This document shows positions 35,804 through 51,420 of a stretch of DNA of 64,000 nt, piece by piece; the first letter of the stretch is position 1, and every line of letters starts with the position of its first letter. The position numbers were made by a program, and so were the translations under genes. The DNA is from Rhina ancylostomus (lineage: Eukaryota). The notes beneath the pieces were generated by a model. It was not told the DNA's origin, did no database searches, and saw only the letters and a program-made list of their open reading frames with translations. The stretch is from assembly GCA_030265395.1 (NCBI GenBank), contig JARFYF010000029.1, positions 14,795,356-14,859,355 of the forward strand, read 5' to 3'.

Positions 35804-38559
35804 CTAATTTCTACTGAAACAGAAAGCCAAGGAGGTTTAACAGAAACAATTTATTCTGTTGGGATTTAGTTCTGAGGCATGTTCTATATAAAATGGCCTC
35901 TGGAGGAAGCATGAAAAGAAACTGGCATAACTTTCATATGCAGAGGGTTGCTGAAAGTGGGGTTGCCTTGTTAAAAAGGGACTGGTTGAAATGTCGGTGT
36001 TGCACCCTTTGGTTTGAAAATTGATATGCATTTGTTACATGAAAATTTCAGAGTTACATGGAGAGAGCTGGGCAAGGGTTCTCATCATGAATTGTGCATT
36101 TACTGAGACAAGTATGAAACAAATATGTTCCAATTCTTTCCTCCTCATCTTCTCAACAGCACTGGATAATTAAGCCCTAACCAAAGTAAGCTCTGCTTTG
36201 GAGAATAGAAAAAAAAGGTGGAAGAAAATGTAAAAGCCAACAATAAATAAAGTAATTTTTAAAGTTAACTTTGAATTGCTACCCTATATTGCTTGCAGCG
36301 CTGATTCAATAGCAACCCCAGCCCGTACAACACAAGGCTTTCTCTTTCCTCTGAATGCTTCCATTTCCAATAGGCCACTGTGGAATTCCCATATGGAACA
36401 TCCATACATCTGCAAGTGGCAGAAGGGGAAATCGGAGAACACTTTTCCCCAGGCACCTCAGAAGACAAATGGCACCGCTCACCATTTCCACACTCCTGAC
36501 GCTGGTCTTGGTGCCCTGGCCTCCAGCTCGACAGGAGCTGCATCTACAGGAGCAGGCTTTCCTCGAGAAAGCCGTCAGCCTGACACACAGCCCGCCTGCA
36601 TCATCATCCTAGCTGACACGTGAGCAGCGGCTCTGAAGGTCATCCTCCTCAACGCGTTTGGTGTTGGGAGTAACGGCAAGGCTTGTAAGCAGCATTTTTT
36701 TTTAACCCGAGCAAAAGGTCCCCAAGAACAATAGTTGTGCCTTTGTAAAGTGGCAGGATTTCCCAGAGCACCGGAAGTTATATGTGCTGCATGGGTCAGT
36801 CATGCTGCCTTCATCCATCAGCTGGGTCCACTCACTCATTTGTGGCCAGCAGCATTGTAGCACATGGTGTTGGTTTACCTTCAGTGCACTGAGTTTTGAA
36901 AGTACCCTTCACTTTGGGTTGATGGTGTGGTCCTTAGAGTCTCCAGAACGAGGGAGGAGAGGAAAGGGCACTAGGATATAAATGTCAGCTCCAAGCTGTC
37001 AACAAATGGATTGCAGTGCTGGCACTCAAATGCTGCAGACATTTAAATCCTAGTGCCCTTTTCCTCTCCTCCCTCCCACAGTCACAANNNNNNNNNNNNN
37101 NNNNNNNNNNNNNNNNNNNNNNNNNNNNNNNNNNNNNNNNNNNNNNNNNNNNNNNNNNNNNNNNNNNNNNNNNNNNNNNNNNNNNNNNNNNNNNNNNNNN
37201 NNNNNNNNNNNNNNNNNNNNNNNNNNNNNNNNNNNNNNNNNNNNNNNNNNNNNNNNNNNNNNNNNNNNNNNNNNNNNNNNNNNNNNNNNNNNNNNNNNNN
37301 NNNNNNNNNNNNNNNNNNNNNNNNNNNNNNNNNNNNNNNNNNNNNNNNNNNNNNNNNNNNNNNNNNNNNNNNNNNNNNNNNNNNNNNNNNNNNNNNNNNN
37401 NNNNNNNNNNNCAATAAATTGCTATCTATTAAATCAGAAGTATATTCTCCTTGCAAATAAAGTGAATGTGCTAATTAAATCAATCAACGTTCAGTAAACA
37501 GGCGGCTTTGAGCAGTCTGGGAGTTAATATTCCCTGCACGGATCAGTTTATGGAAGACAGTTTATCTCAGCTCAGCTGAGATCTGACAAATATAAATAAA
37601 TGTCTTCAGCTTTGGGATTGCACTACACACTCCATGCAACGGATTTGATCGAAATCAAAGGGAAACATTAAGGGAACTATTCTGGCTCTACTCAAGTCGA
37701 CAAACCCAAGCACCTGCTGCTTTTGCTCCTACGCCAACTGCAAACGAACCAGAGCAATGCTAACTCTTTAATTAACTGACAGAGGAACTTGTCAGATCTC
37801 CGCACACAGCTCAGTTATGCTGCAGTCTTAATCACAGCGTCATAAGGCAGAGTTCATTACAATGCAGTACATGACTCCTGTCTTGCAGCAAAAGTAATGA
37901 CCTTTACAAATCTTGGTGCTTCAGGAGAAAGCGAGAGTGAGTGAGCATAGGGAAAGGGAGAGGAGGTGGGAGAGGAAAGTAGAAAGCATTTGAAATATCC
38001 TGCTCCCATTCACAGGAGTTTTGCATTGCACAGAGCAAGGTGAAATGAAGCAGATTAAATTCAGACACTGCTAACAGGATGGATGCCCATTTTCCACGTC
38101 AACTGCACGAAAGCGCTACAAGAAATTTGTTTGACCAACTTAAACATAGGATCTAAAGAATTCCTGTCAATGCCTTAAAACCTGCCATTACTCCATAGTA
38201 ATTGACACTGAACAGTTTATTATAAAACCATAAAATGTTTATTAATCTATACAAATAATAAGAGCCAAATGAATTACTCTCCTGGGGAATCAAACAGCTT
38301 TAATAACTTACTAACCAAATCATGAGCCTTCAACATAACCACGCAATATAAAAACATTTCAAGTATCACAAATTTAAATGGTTCTGTGGTTTCATCAACT
38401 GAAGCCTGATTTTGGATCCAAGCTTCTGAAAAGGCCCAGGGTGCATGCAGTGCCATCCATGGCCATCGATTCCCACACTATGGTACGGGGAAAGCTCAGC
38501 CACTTGGCCAGATGTGGATTGATCAGAGAAAGCCAGAATGGATCAGCTAAAGGCACGTT

Positions 38560-39705
38560 ATGTCCAACTGAACCAATGAAGTAGCAGAGAGGGCTGATGA
38601 GAGAATTGCAGTTCATGTGATTATATGTAAGCTTCCGAATGGCACGATCTGGGGGTGAACATAAATCGCCTTGTCATCAAGATTGAGGGCCATGGAATAA
38701 ATGGAGCTGTAGCAACACACATAGAAAATTGGTTAGTAACAGGAAATCTGCAGGAGTGGTGAAAGGTTGCTCTTCTCACTGGAGGGAAGTGTGCAGTGGG
38801 GTTTGGTACTAAGACCACTGCTTTCCTCAATATTTAGGGTATTGCGGAAAGGGTTTGGACTTGGGGTACATGTCATAATTTCCAAATGCGCAGGTGACAA
38901 AACTCAGACGTAGAGCTGTTAGGAGGATAGTAATGAGCCTTAAGGGATTCACACACACTGGTGGAATGGGTGGATAGGTGGCAGATAAAATGTAATGCTA
39001 AAATGTGAAATGTTACATTTTGCTAGGAAGAATGGGAAGAGGTAACATCAACCTGCGGGCACAATTCTAAAAGGGGTACAAGAACAGAGACCCCTCAGGT
39101 ATTTGTACATAGTTAATTAAAAGAGGCAGGGCACAGTGAGTAAGTGGTTTAAAAAGTATATAAGATCCTGGCAATTTACACAGAGGCAGAGAGTACAAGA
39201 ACAAGTCAGGATGGTTTGACAACTGCAATACTGGGTCCAGTCCTGGGCACCAACTCTGGGGAAAAATGTCAAGGCTTTGGGAAAGATGCAGAAGAGATTT
39301 TCCAAAATGATTCTGGTGTTGAGCAACTTTAGTTATGTGAATATTTTGGAGAAGCTGGGGTTGTCCTCCTTGGAGTAGAGGAGGTTGATGGAAGATAGGA
39401 GGCAGTTAAAAATCATGAAGGGTATAGGCAGAGCAGCTAGAGAGAAACTTTCCATTGGTGAAGGCATCAAGATTAGAGGATAAAATAAAAGGTGATTGGC
39501 AAAAGGACAAAAGGTCGCGTGAGGATCGTGAGGGAAAAAAAACCACAGCATGTAGTTAGGGTCTGGAATGCACTGTAGGGGTAGTGGTGGAGGTAGATTC
39601 AATTATAGTATTCAAAAAGAGGGTGGATAAGTAATAAAAGGAAATATTTACCAGGAGAGGGACTAATTGGATGCTCTAATATAGAGCTATAATAATTCTA
39701 TGATT
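38560..39705 (+). mobile_element. CR1 LINE, decayed RT and 3' end
   Basis: catagaaaattggttagtaacaggaaa, tccaaatgcgcaggtgacaaaact (a decayed SKFADDTKL), aggtggcagataaaatgtaatgctaaaatgtgaa, caatactgggtccagtcctgggcacc, tail attctatgatt. Confidence 0.8.
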
Positions 39706-42359
39706 AAAAATGGATGAGAGGTATTCAAGTTTAAAAGTGCCTGGTGCAAAAAACAAAAGTCATCTTGCTGACATCACACACCTGAGAAGATCTACTCTCA
39801 GGTATGCAGAGAAAGTCTCAGATAGTGGATTTATTAGATTTAAAAATCGAAAGCCTTACCTTTCAGTTCATTAAAAGAGGTCTTGTTTATACTTTAGAAT
39901 CAGTGCCATTTCATTCACTGCCTTTGAACTGACTGAAATAAGTTGTACTGATAATACCAGAAGCTAAATAACTCGGACTGTTGTGGAGAAGGCAGGAAAA
40001 GAAAACCAGCAATGGCATACAGACAGTCACTTTGTCAGGAACAGGTAGGCATGCAGGTACCTCTTAAATGAATGAAACTTAATGGTTGTAAATCAAGGCC
40101 AAATATTACTAGCAGCCTGGTGTAGCTTTTACACTTCTGTGAACAGTGCAAACACAAATTACCATCACAAGCATCTGCACATGCAATTCTAGATCTTGCC
40201 ACAAGGCTACTTGAATGGCCCAGTCCCAATCATCAGGCAGATTTTAGAATCAAACTTTATATTTAAAATAAAATGCACAACACAGCAAACACAACACAGA
40301 CTAGTGGGTGTGGTCAACCTACCCAAAATGCACTGCAGGAAGGAGAAGCATCACCCTGGTGATGAGAAATTGCAGTGTTGTCAGTTGGACGATGTAACGA
40401 GCATGGGGACAGCTATCAATGAACTCCTTGGCAAACTACTAACATTAATTTTTGAGAAGACACATTTCCACAACTGAAATAAACAGAGGTGTTGGGGGAG
40501 AAAAGAAGGTGGTGCTCTTGGGAAAGCATTTGCACTTTTTATAATATTTACTTTTAAAGGTCCACCATTCTCCCCAAGATCTCTCCCCACATCTCTCGTC
40601 CTCCCCTGCATGTGCCAATTAATGCAATCAAACAGGCATCAGCTCTTTATCTCACCCAAAGTAGATCTACATTTGTGATCCTTAACTGTTTAAACTGAGC
40701 TTGGGGAAGGAAGTGACAGAATGGAACTAATCCTATCTTCTNNNNNNNNNNCAATTGACTTTTCTCTGTCCTGGGGATAACGTTAACTGTAGCATCCCAA
40801 TTGTTGTCCTGGAAACAATAATGATAGAACAAAACCTACAGTGTAGATCAGTCAAAATCACAGTGCCATAGTTTATCCATGTATTTTATTCATGCAGAGT
40901 GATGCAATTAAAACACAGCGATCCATTTATAAACCGAATCTGGTGAATGCATTTTGTTCAGAATACGGAGTGTACAGGAAAGGCCACTGATGAGTATACA
41001 TTAAGCAGTTGTAGTGGGGCTGGAATGAAAAGGCATCAGCCATTTTATCCTGTTTCACGTATATTCAATATCTGTACATGAGAAATTATCAGTTTGAGGA
41101 AGCAGATAACATTGGAGAATGACCCTTTGCTCTACCTTCTCTGCCATGCACTGACACCTCCTGGCTCTCTTTCTCTTCCACAGCTCGGGGCGTCGCTCTC
41201 CAAGACGTGCCCAGGACTGTTATTTTTTGTCGTTCTTCCAGCATCCACAGTCCTTTGTTTCTTGACTCTTATTTAAGTCTGCTGCATCTTTTGGACAACT
41301 TGCTAGCACCATTCAACATCACCTCCCTGACCAAGACCAGGAACCGGCTGGTCACAACACCACAAGCCACACCAGAGCAGTGCTTCCAATTTGCACCTTC
41401 CCCTGACTCCAACTACGGCATAAGACTGGCTTTGCGCTAAAGCAACCATTTAATCTTCACACTTAAATCACTTTAACAACAATGAAACTAGGGAGGATTC
41501 TATTAAAAATGGCTCTTTTGCACCTCATTGTCACTTGATCAATTGAATGGAAATCTTCATCAACAGCGCGGTCAGGCAGCTAAAATATGGTTCATTCTGG
41601 GTCTGACTGTGCTCAACTTGGTCCTCATCTGACATTTGAACTTAAGTTCCCATGGCTGCACTTGCCTTTTGAGGTCCCTCTCCTCCTAGGTCTAACCGAG
41701 CTTCAGGCCTCACTGCTGGGAGGCAGAGTAATTTAGGAGTGGTGAGTGGGCCTCGGATGTTGGACCCCACCCCTACCCGAAGAAAACTAATGGGCTTTTG
41801 ACACTGTGTTGTGAAAACCTTTTCAAGTGTTTTGGAATGTCGCTGGTAACTAGAGATTTTTAAAATGAGATTGAAATGATTAAATATTTAAAACATTTAA
41901 CATCATAATAATCTTTCTATTTTCTTGTAATTAAAATAAAGAGAAATAAACAACTTTACTATTTCCATCGAGGTTGGTGACTCCATTCATGCTACACATG
42001 TCAACCGCAGCTGCTGTAAAGCTGAGGGGTCAGATGCCAAGTGTATCCTGCCCCTCAGCTCAGGATGACTNNNNNNNNNNNNNNNNNNNNNNNNNNNNNN
42101 NNNNNNNNNNNNGGTGCACTTGTGACTGACCTCCAGTGCATTCCTGACTTCTGTGTTGCAAGGAGCCAGTGCAAAAGTCAGGGACAGACCCTCTCCTATG
42201 GCTCTCTTCCAAACTGCTGTTAAAGGCAACAATATCTCGGCTCTTCATTTCTGAATGGTGAACAGTACCAAATAACATCCCCTGACATGGTTAAACTAAC
42301 CTCTGCATTGTGGAAAGGTTGAGGGGAACAGATGATTCCAAGAGTCATCCCCTGCCCTA

Positions 42360-42608
<249 letters not shown>

Positions 42609-43857
42609 TCAACATTTGCTGAACTACTCTCAGGCTCAGCAGACTTGCTATTTCTCCTACATGCACCTAAACAATTGGTCATTGCAGGTTACTCTGCGGT
42701 GAGGATCATCTATTATTTCCTTGACGTTATCGATTAGGTGATGCGATTACCTTGACATTATTTATTAGGTCATGAGGCTGCTGCCAAGAACCAGAACTCA
42801 TCTGCCCCTCTCTAGTCTGGAAACGGAGGCCAGTTGTGGATCTACACTGCTGCCGTGGCAGAGACGAGTTGAGTTAAGTCAACAGACAAAGCATCCAGTC
42901 CTGGGACCATGACTGAGCACACGTGACTGATGAGTCAAAGCAAGAGGATTGGGTTGTTGGAGAAGCCGAGTGGGGTGGGTGAGAAAATGAAAGAGATGAC
43001 TTTTCAGTAGTGGCAGTCTGTCTGAACCTGACTGAATCTGCCAGTGCTCAGACTGAGCAGAGTAAAGGCATAACAACAAACATCCATCAGTTCAAGAAAT
43101 ACTGTGTCAGTCCCTACTGCATGCCTTCAAAGCAATATGAACAATATTTACTAATAGCTGAAAGAAAAAAAATGTTTCTCTTAATTAAAATTATTCATCA
43201 AGATAAATGGTTTAATTGCTAGTTTACACACATTTAAATATAGAGCAACAGGGTTAGCAACAAGACTGTGCATAAAGTACATCAGGGAGTTGATTTGCTC
43301 ATCTCGCATTAGCAGAGCTGTTCTGAGCACTGCAGTCCACCCAAAGGAATCAGTCATTCTCTTTCCGTTTCTTTATTTCCTCCTTTAAACAAAGCATTCC
43401 CATGCATTTAACAAAGTCACTCTTCATTAGTAAGCTAGGCACTGCTTGAGAGAGCAACTGGTCCAGTATTTAATCCCTGAAGTCAGCCCACTTCTGGAAA
43501 AGATGAGAATTATTGATCTGATGCTGATAATCCTGCTGTGCATTTCCAGTATTTTCAGAATTATGCCAAAGCTATTCATTGTGCTTCTAATTATTTAATG
43601 GAGAGTTGACTGATTATCTTACTCAAGTGTTCCCTCGTGCTGGGTTCCCCTCACACTCTTTCCCCACTCACAAGACCATCTGTGGTCACCATTCAACACT
43701 GTTCATTCTCGTTGATCATTTTGTTCAACATCCATTAACTTACAGCACACATTCTCAGTAGTCAGTGCAATGTTGAGCCACTTCAAGCACGGTTGGGCAA
43801 CCTTTGGGTTGGCAATGAAAACTTTTTAAAATATCTTGATTAGAGGACTGTCAATTG

Positions 43858-44435
43858 GAGCTCTATAAAACTCTGGTCAGACCACACTTGGAGTATTGTG
43901 TTCAGTTCTACTTGCCTCATTATAGGAAGGATGTGGAAACTTTAGAGAGGGTGTAGAGGAGATTTNNNNNNNNNNNNNNNNNNNNNNNNNNNNNNNNNNN
44001 NNNNNNNNNNNNNNNNNNNNNNNNNNNNNNNNNNNNNNNNNNNNNNNNNNNNNNNNNNNNNNNNNNNNNNNNNNNNNNNNNNNNNNNNNNNNNNNNNNNN
44101 NNNNNNNNNNNNNNNNNNNNNNNNNNNNNNNNNNNNNNNNNNNNNNNNNNNNNNNNNNNNNNNNNNNNNNNNNNNNNNNNNNNNNNNNNNNNNNNNNNNN
44201 NNNNNNNNNNNNNNNNNNNNNNNNNNNNNNNNNNNNNNNNNNNNNNNNNNNNNNNNNNNNNNNNNNNNNNNNNNNNNNNNNNNNNNNNNNNNNNNNNNNN
44301 NNNNNNNNNNNNNNNNNNNNNNNNNNNNNNNNNNNNNNNNNNNNNNNNNNNNNNGATCTTAGAGCAGGATGAAATGTCGGCACAACATTGTGGGCCGAAG
44401 GGCCTGTACTGTGCTGTAGTGTTCTATGTTCCATG
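43858..44435 (+). mobile_element. Well-preserved 5'-truncated CR1/HER1 copy with an assembly gap in the middle
   Basis: [16 protein letters not shown]...[13 protein letters not shown] at 43861-43955. After the gap comes the HER1-type tail gtcggcacaacattgtgggccgaagggcctgtactgtgctgtagtgttctatgttc. Confidence 0.85.
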
Positions 44436-45738
44436 AAGGAATGTTTATATAAACTGTTCTCAAGTTAATCCATAAACTCTGGTGTTATCCTGGAAACACT
44501 GCTGCTACATCAATACCCTGAGGTCCAGTGCCCAAACCTGAACATGGTATTTCAGAATGAGATATGATTATGGTTCTGAACAACTTTCTCACACCCCTGG
44601 ACAGAACACAAGGAAAGCTTGAAGTCCAAACATGTCTCCTTCTCCTCCAGTCTCTCTTTCAAGATGTGTCCTTTCCTACTGAAAGGATTGCCATCTTTGT
44701 TGCTCAGAAAATGGTAGACAAATTGTTTGATACACCCAAAATCATAACCTTATGATCTTTTGCCCTGCTACACTCCTGCTGCAATGAAATTAAGTACTTT
44801 ATTTTCCAAACGAGTGCAACACTACAGAACACTTTTGTACTTCTTTCCTGCAATTGTTCGGCATTTAAAACTACTACTTCCTACCACCCCCATCCCACCT
44901 CCCCAATCCTATGCCTTCACCCTTCACTTTAATGAGTTACAGTTAACAGGAGGGTCCACATGACCCACGATGGGTATGAGCAGCTCTCACATTTGGCTAC
45001 GCAGCTCCCCAGATTGGTATTCAAAAATGAAGGTCTTCACCTCATGGAGAGAGGGTAATGTAAAAATAAAGAAACATAGGCAGGAACAGACAAAAAGGGC
45101 ATAAATTGGTGATTGAAAATTGAAATAGCTCCAAAGAGATCATGAAATCATATTAGTACTTAAATCAAAAGAATATAGCAAAAGCTTAAGTCTTTAGATG
45201 TCTCATTCACTGAACTGCAATAATCTGAAAATCCCTGCACAAAAGAAAAACTCAGGGAGTTGCTGTAACATTAACTGGGCAACAAGCTTCTCTTTGGATT
45301 GCCAACAAGCATCATGTCCAGCAGCAGGCAACACTAGCTTGTAGTTAACAAGGTGGCATGGAATTAATCAGCTCTCTCTCTCATTTTTGTTCACATTCTT
45401 TGTCTAAACCACTAACAACTTTAGTATATTGTTGATGTAGCAAATACTCAGAGGTTGCTGACAGAAGCACTTGGGGAAAAAAAAGAGGGCAAACTAGAGA
45501 GTTACTGATATGCGGACGCACAAGGCCAGAGAGAGATTAAGCACACACAAAGATAAAACCTTACATTTTAATGGGGCACACGGTACCAAGTATGTATGGG
45601 TGGAAGCCGGGAACGGCTAGACTATCAATTTGAGGTATCTGCATTTCAGTACACAAAATGCCAGTTCTTTGTAGATCAATGTAGTGAGCCCCATTCCTCA
45701 CCAACAACTCTTTACCCCCCTCACACTTGTAAGAACTA

Positions 45739-45978
<240 letters not shown>

Positions 45979-48251
45979 TTATGCAACAACTACAAAGGCA
46001 ACAGCATAATTGGTTCACACACAGCGAGCAAACAAAATTGAAGTGAAAACATAAGCTGGGACAACTAAAACTTCATCTGTTAACCAGACCAAGCAGGACA
46101 TTCACATCCAAAGATTTTTTTTAATCTTTTGATGAGCTAATTTATTTTTGTCTATGCTGTAGAGTCATGGACACTCGTGAATTGAAATCAAATAACTGCT
46201 CAAAGTATTTTTAACCTCCTAAGGTACACCAGTAATGTCACAGTTCTATGGTATTGAAATTCAGCTACATGAATAAAAATACAAAATAGTAATCAACTAA
46301 TTAAAAAGGGCAAATAATGTGACTTTTCAGCCAGAGTGGTGAGCATTTTAATGAGAAATGCACCAAAACTGCCTTTTGTAGATCACTTGGACGTTACAAA
46401 AATATATTGCTACATCAAAGGAGGTGAAAGATGATCTGCCTTCCCTCAAATCACTGGAATGGGTCAGATTGGCTTCACAGTTACAATTAATTCTGTCATG
46501 TTATAAAACCTTTAATGTTGCATTTAGGATCGGGACAGGGAGCAATATTTTACGTAGAAAGGAAAATGTAATGAATCACTTATCTCACAATTCATTCCTT
46601 AATTTATTTTGGTCATCTGCCCCAAACTCTCCTTGCGTCAAATTTTGTTTGTTAAGATTTCCATCAAGCGGCTTGGTTTTTTTTCCTTTCTAATTTACAG
46701 GCACTATACAAATACCTGTTGTTGAATTAATCACAAAATGTCTCTGCAAACTGACAAGCCATTTTCCATGAATATGTGCTGCAGTGGGGTGGGATCACGG
46801 CCATGGCCCTGTGGTTGATCAGCTGAGCTACCCAACGTATACCACATCCCGGGGGAGGCTGGAGTAGAAAGGGATCAGGGAAAGACGTCTCATGAAGAAT
46901 TGCTTCCTGCTGGACAAACAGAAAAGCAATACCGACTGGGGTTAAGGTAAGCACTCTGCCCACATGGAGTAATCCTTGGTTTGGAGAAGAAAACAATTTG
47001 AAAATACTGAACCTACAAGAAAAAAAAACAGGAGGTTTGCGTTATATTGTGCTGAGCTTTCATGGACCAGTCATCTCAACTGAAGAACCTTGAGTGTAAG
47101 ACAAAGAAAAATATTAAGGTAAGCAGAAAAGTTTGCAAGGTCCCATTTCCTACTGAGCTGTTAAACTACAGACCCAGTAGTCCAATTGTGTACAGTGAAA
47201 AGACCTCAGGACAGTATTTCTCCCTCTCCCTAAAACACTCTTTGATCCTGTTTCTGTTGAGCTCAGAATTATTAACTGATAACCCAGACTCACCACTCTC
47301 CCACCCTCGAGACCCTCATTTGGCCAAGTAGCGTGAACCAAGTAGCAACTTCAGCCCCAAAGTAGAGTCCTGAGCACATTCCTGCTGTGAACTGCAAGCC
47401 CTACTCACAGGCCCTTGAAGCTGGCCAAGAATTTAAATGTCTATCATTCAAATACTTGCAAAAAAAATGAACAATTAAAAATGGTATAAATATTACTTCA
47501 GAAAATCAAAAACACTGGAAAACAACAATCAAATATTTAAATATAAGCTTGTTCACAAATACACACAGTTAACTTAAATAATTAAAACGTTAATCCCTGA
47601 AACTTGCATCTATCTATGCAGCCGTTTCTCTCCACTGAAGTGAGAGAAGCTGCATTAGGTCCAAGTTGGGGGAGGTTCGTCAGGAAGACATCACAGGAAT
47701 CTGCAGGAGACTAACAGTCTGTCGCTGAACACCAAGGAGTTCAACACAGGGCCAACACTGGAAAGACAGCAGCCAGGACCTCTCAGCAAGTTCAGGGTGC
47801 CCCATTTGAACAAGTGACACCCAGAAAAAGTGTGGATGTCAGTCTGGCTTTTCCTGCTAAAAAGTTTTGTATCAATGCTCTAATAAGAGACAAGCCTTGT
47901 GACCTTGGGCCATTGTTTGTGGCCGTGGGCCACTTTATCTCCCTTCATTTCCGAAGCACCTTGGGACATTTTCTTTATACTGAATGCAAGTAATCATTAT
48001 TTCTTATTAATACCACTTTCCCATGAAGTGTGCCAGAGTACAGATTTAAAATGGCCTTGCAGGGAACCGTTAAACTTTAAATAGCTTCACTTTGTTGCAG
48101 GTGGAAAGCAGCCGAAGAACCCCAGAGGGATCCGCAGCCTGTAATTTACAAGTAGCTGCAATTGGGTTGTCATCCCACAGGTTGAACTTGAGCAATGGCT
48201 GGAGAGACCCAGGCCAAATCAACGAGTGAATGTCACAGCTGTACTCATCTA

Positions 48252-48461
<210 letters not shown>

Positions 48462-49237
48462 CTATAAAGTGTGAGATATTGAATTGTATTAAGCTCTACT
48501 CCCTGCAGAAAATCAATAAAACATAGGCCTGAACTGTTTCATATGTAAACCATTGCTGTGAGATTCACAGCCAGTCACTCATTATCTTCCGATTACAATG
48601 AAGTTTGCTGTTGTCATTGTACACCATTTGCAAACAGGCTATACTACAGCTGGTCGTTAACCAGGTGAAATACCTTTTGTACAATTATTGGCAACTTGCC
48701 CACTAAACCTCCTGAGGCTGCCAACCCAATGTAGGCATTGGGTTGAGAAGATGTGACTTCTGTTTACCAGTGTACAGGCTGGGTTATTCATCGATTTACA
48801 GTGAGGATGAGGAGTGAGGGAAAGAAACCAGTTTTAGGCTCAGTTGGAAAGAGTGAACGAAGCAGTAAAATCAAGCAATGTCTCATTCACTATAAAGTGC
48901 TGGGTCTTTACATGAATATTAAAAAATAGCACTGTATCTGTATTTGTGTGTTTCATGGTTATCCCAAATTTCAGTTTTTGACTGAACTGAGGTTCACAGT
49001 CAATCATCCAAAGTTTTAATCCTGGTCAAGGCCAGGCTTGGTAGTTAATGTTGAAAACTGTCAGACTTGAATGTAATCCCTTGGGTAACAATGAGATAAA
49101 GACAGTGCAACACCGAGGTGAAGTCTTGAGAATAAGAGTGTTCCTTTTAAAATGTGTGTTGGATTGGGAGAGAGTTACATTTTAGACTTTCTGTACTTGA
49201 GCAGTTTTAGAATTTTACTAGCAAGACTTTTTTTTTA

Positions 49238-49399
<162 letters not shown>

Positions 49400-50669
49400 G
49401 ANNNNNNNNNNCAGGTTTGAGGATCAGCTCTCAGCCTCCAAGTACCTTGTCCAAGTGGCAGTCTGCTATGTGCTAATCTAGACAACGTTGGAGATTTATT
49501 TGACTGTGTGGTGCACCATATAACAAAACAAAGTGGTGAAAACATTCATCAGGTCAGGTGGAATCTGCAGTATTTCCAGCACCTGTTGCTTCCTTCTGGC
49601 GTGTCATGGAGCTGCCTTTAATCAGACATCAGGGTTTTTTTTGGAATCTGCCCTTGGGCAATATTTTCCCCTCTCCACTCTACAGCCTACTGCCGCACAA
49701 AGCTGCAGTGGCTCCACTGTTTTCTTGACTGCTAGTATCATCTTGGTTAAGGTGATGCACGGTTGCTTTCCCGGTTCACTCAGACCCCAGTTGCTTTCAC
49801 TCCCACTGCAAGTTGCAGGTCCCATGTACAAACAAAACCCGCCACTAGAGGGGGTTCTGCAGCCAACTGCAGTATGGATGTTGTGGGAAATACACAGAAA
49901 TATCAGGAATTCATTTGACTTAGAATTCATTGGCCTCACTGGATGCCAGGAGAATTTTGGGTGTGTAGAATCCATTAATCAGACTGGCTAAAGCAATGCA
50001 CAGATGAATTGATGAAGCAAACTAAATAATGAGCATTTTGTTAAACCAATCAAGTTGAAGGATTCAACTGGCACACAGGAAACGTGGATTGGCAATAGGG
50101 CCATTAAACAACAGACAGCATAAAAATCACAGGCAGTGATAGTGAAATAGCAGGAATATTATTTTGTTTCAGTATTTGCCATTTATCTGACAGCAGGGCC
50201 ACGATCAGAAGTGATGCAACATTTTAAACAAAGGAGGATACATTTTACATCAAACTTAGTAGATCAGATGATCCTGCTGTAGACAGATTGCATTCGCACA
50301 TTTCAAAAGAAATAGCGGAGGCTTGTTAACCACATTTAAAAATTGAATAAGGCACAGTGCCAGCACATTGATGGATAGTTACCACTTCATCTCAATTCAA
50401 CTTGTAAGTTAGAACACACCCGGGCACTTAGAGATGAGTCAGTTAAACATCAATAGTACAAAAATTATTGGAATCCTTGCAAGAGAAAACCTAGAAACTA
50501 AGACCTTGCCAATAAATGACCAGTAGGGTCTTAAAGGAGACAAGATCATAGAGGATGTGAAAGAAGAATGAGGATTAGAAAACAGAGACATTGCTCAACT
50601 AGAAACAATAATAGGGCGGGGGGGGGGGAGAAAGAAATTCAGTTGTTTTGAGAGTCAGAACAGGGACAG

Positions 50670-51048
50670 CTGAGTTTTAAGTGACCTTAGGTTTACAGAG
50701 ACCGGGTTATCAGAGGACAGCTAGATGCCCATTGCAATAAATACACCTAGAAGCAACAAAAGACATGGATGTGGGTTTCAGCAGCAATCTAGACGAGGCA
50801 AGGTCCAAATCAGGTGAAGTTAACATTGTTATAAATGTGGTAGAAAGCTAATCTCTGGGTCAGGTGATAGAACACGATTGTGAACAGTCTGATTCAATCT
50901 CTGACAGTTACTGGTGAGTTGGTGACGAGGGAAACAAAGGCTTCTGGCTCCCCAGTATTAAATTACTTGGAAGTTTTTCCTCATCCAGCAGTGTATTGAA
51001 TAAGCAGCTGAACAACTTAGAGAGTGTGGGTGGTGACGGTTGGCTGAG
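50670..51048 (-). mobile_element. L2-clade LINE RT fragment
   Basis: cccagtattaaattacttggaagtttttcctcatccagcagtgtattgaataagcagctgaacaa reads on the minus strand as a decayed CL..I..WM..NF.QLN..K motif of L2 RTs. Confidence 0.55.
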
Positions 51049-51258
51049 NNNNNNNNNNATTTTGATAATCCCACTGTAAACCTGAGTGTGATCAGTTCAC
51101 TTGGTTTCAGATCAGGGAGCAGTATTCCTCTTTAGTTGACTGAACTACCGGTGCAGGAATCTGTCAACTTGAGCAAAATTAAATAGACTAGAGATTGTAA
51201 AGTCTTTTGACACAGGTTATTACAAGTTTCAGTAAAAACTGGTTTAGAACAATTTCTA

Positions 51259-51420
<162 letters not shown>

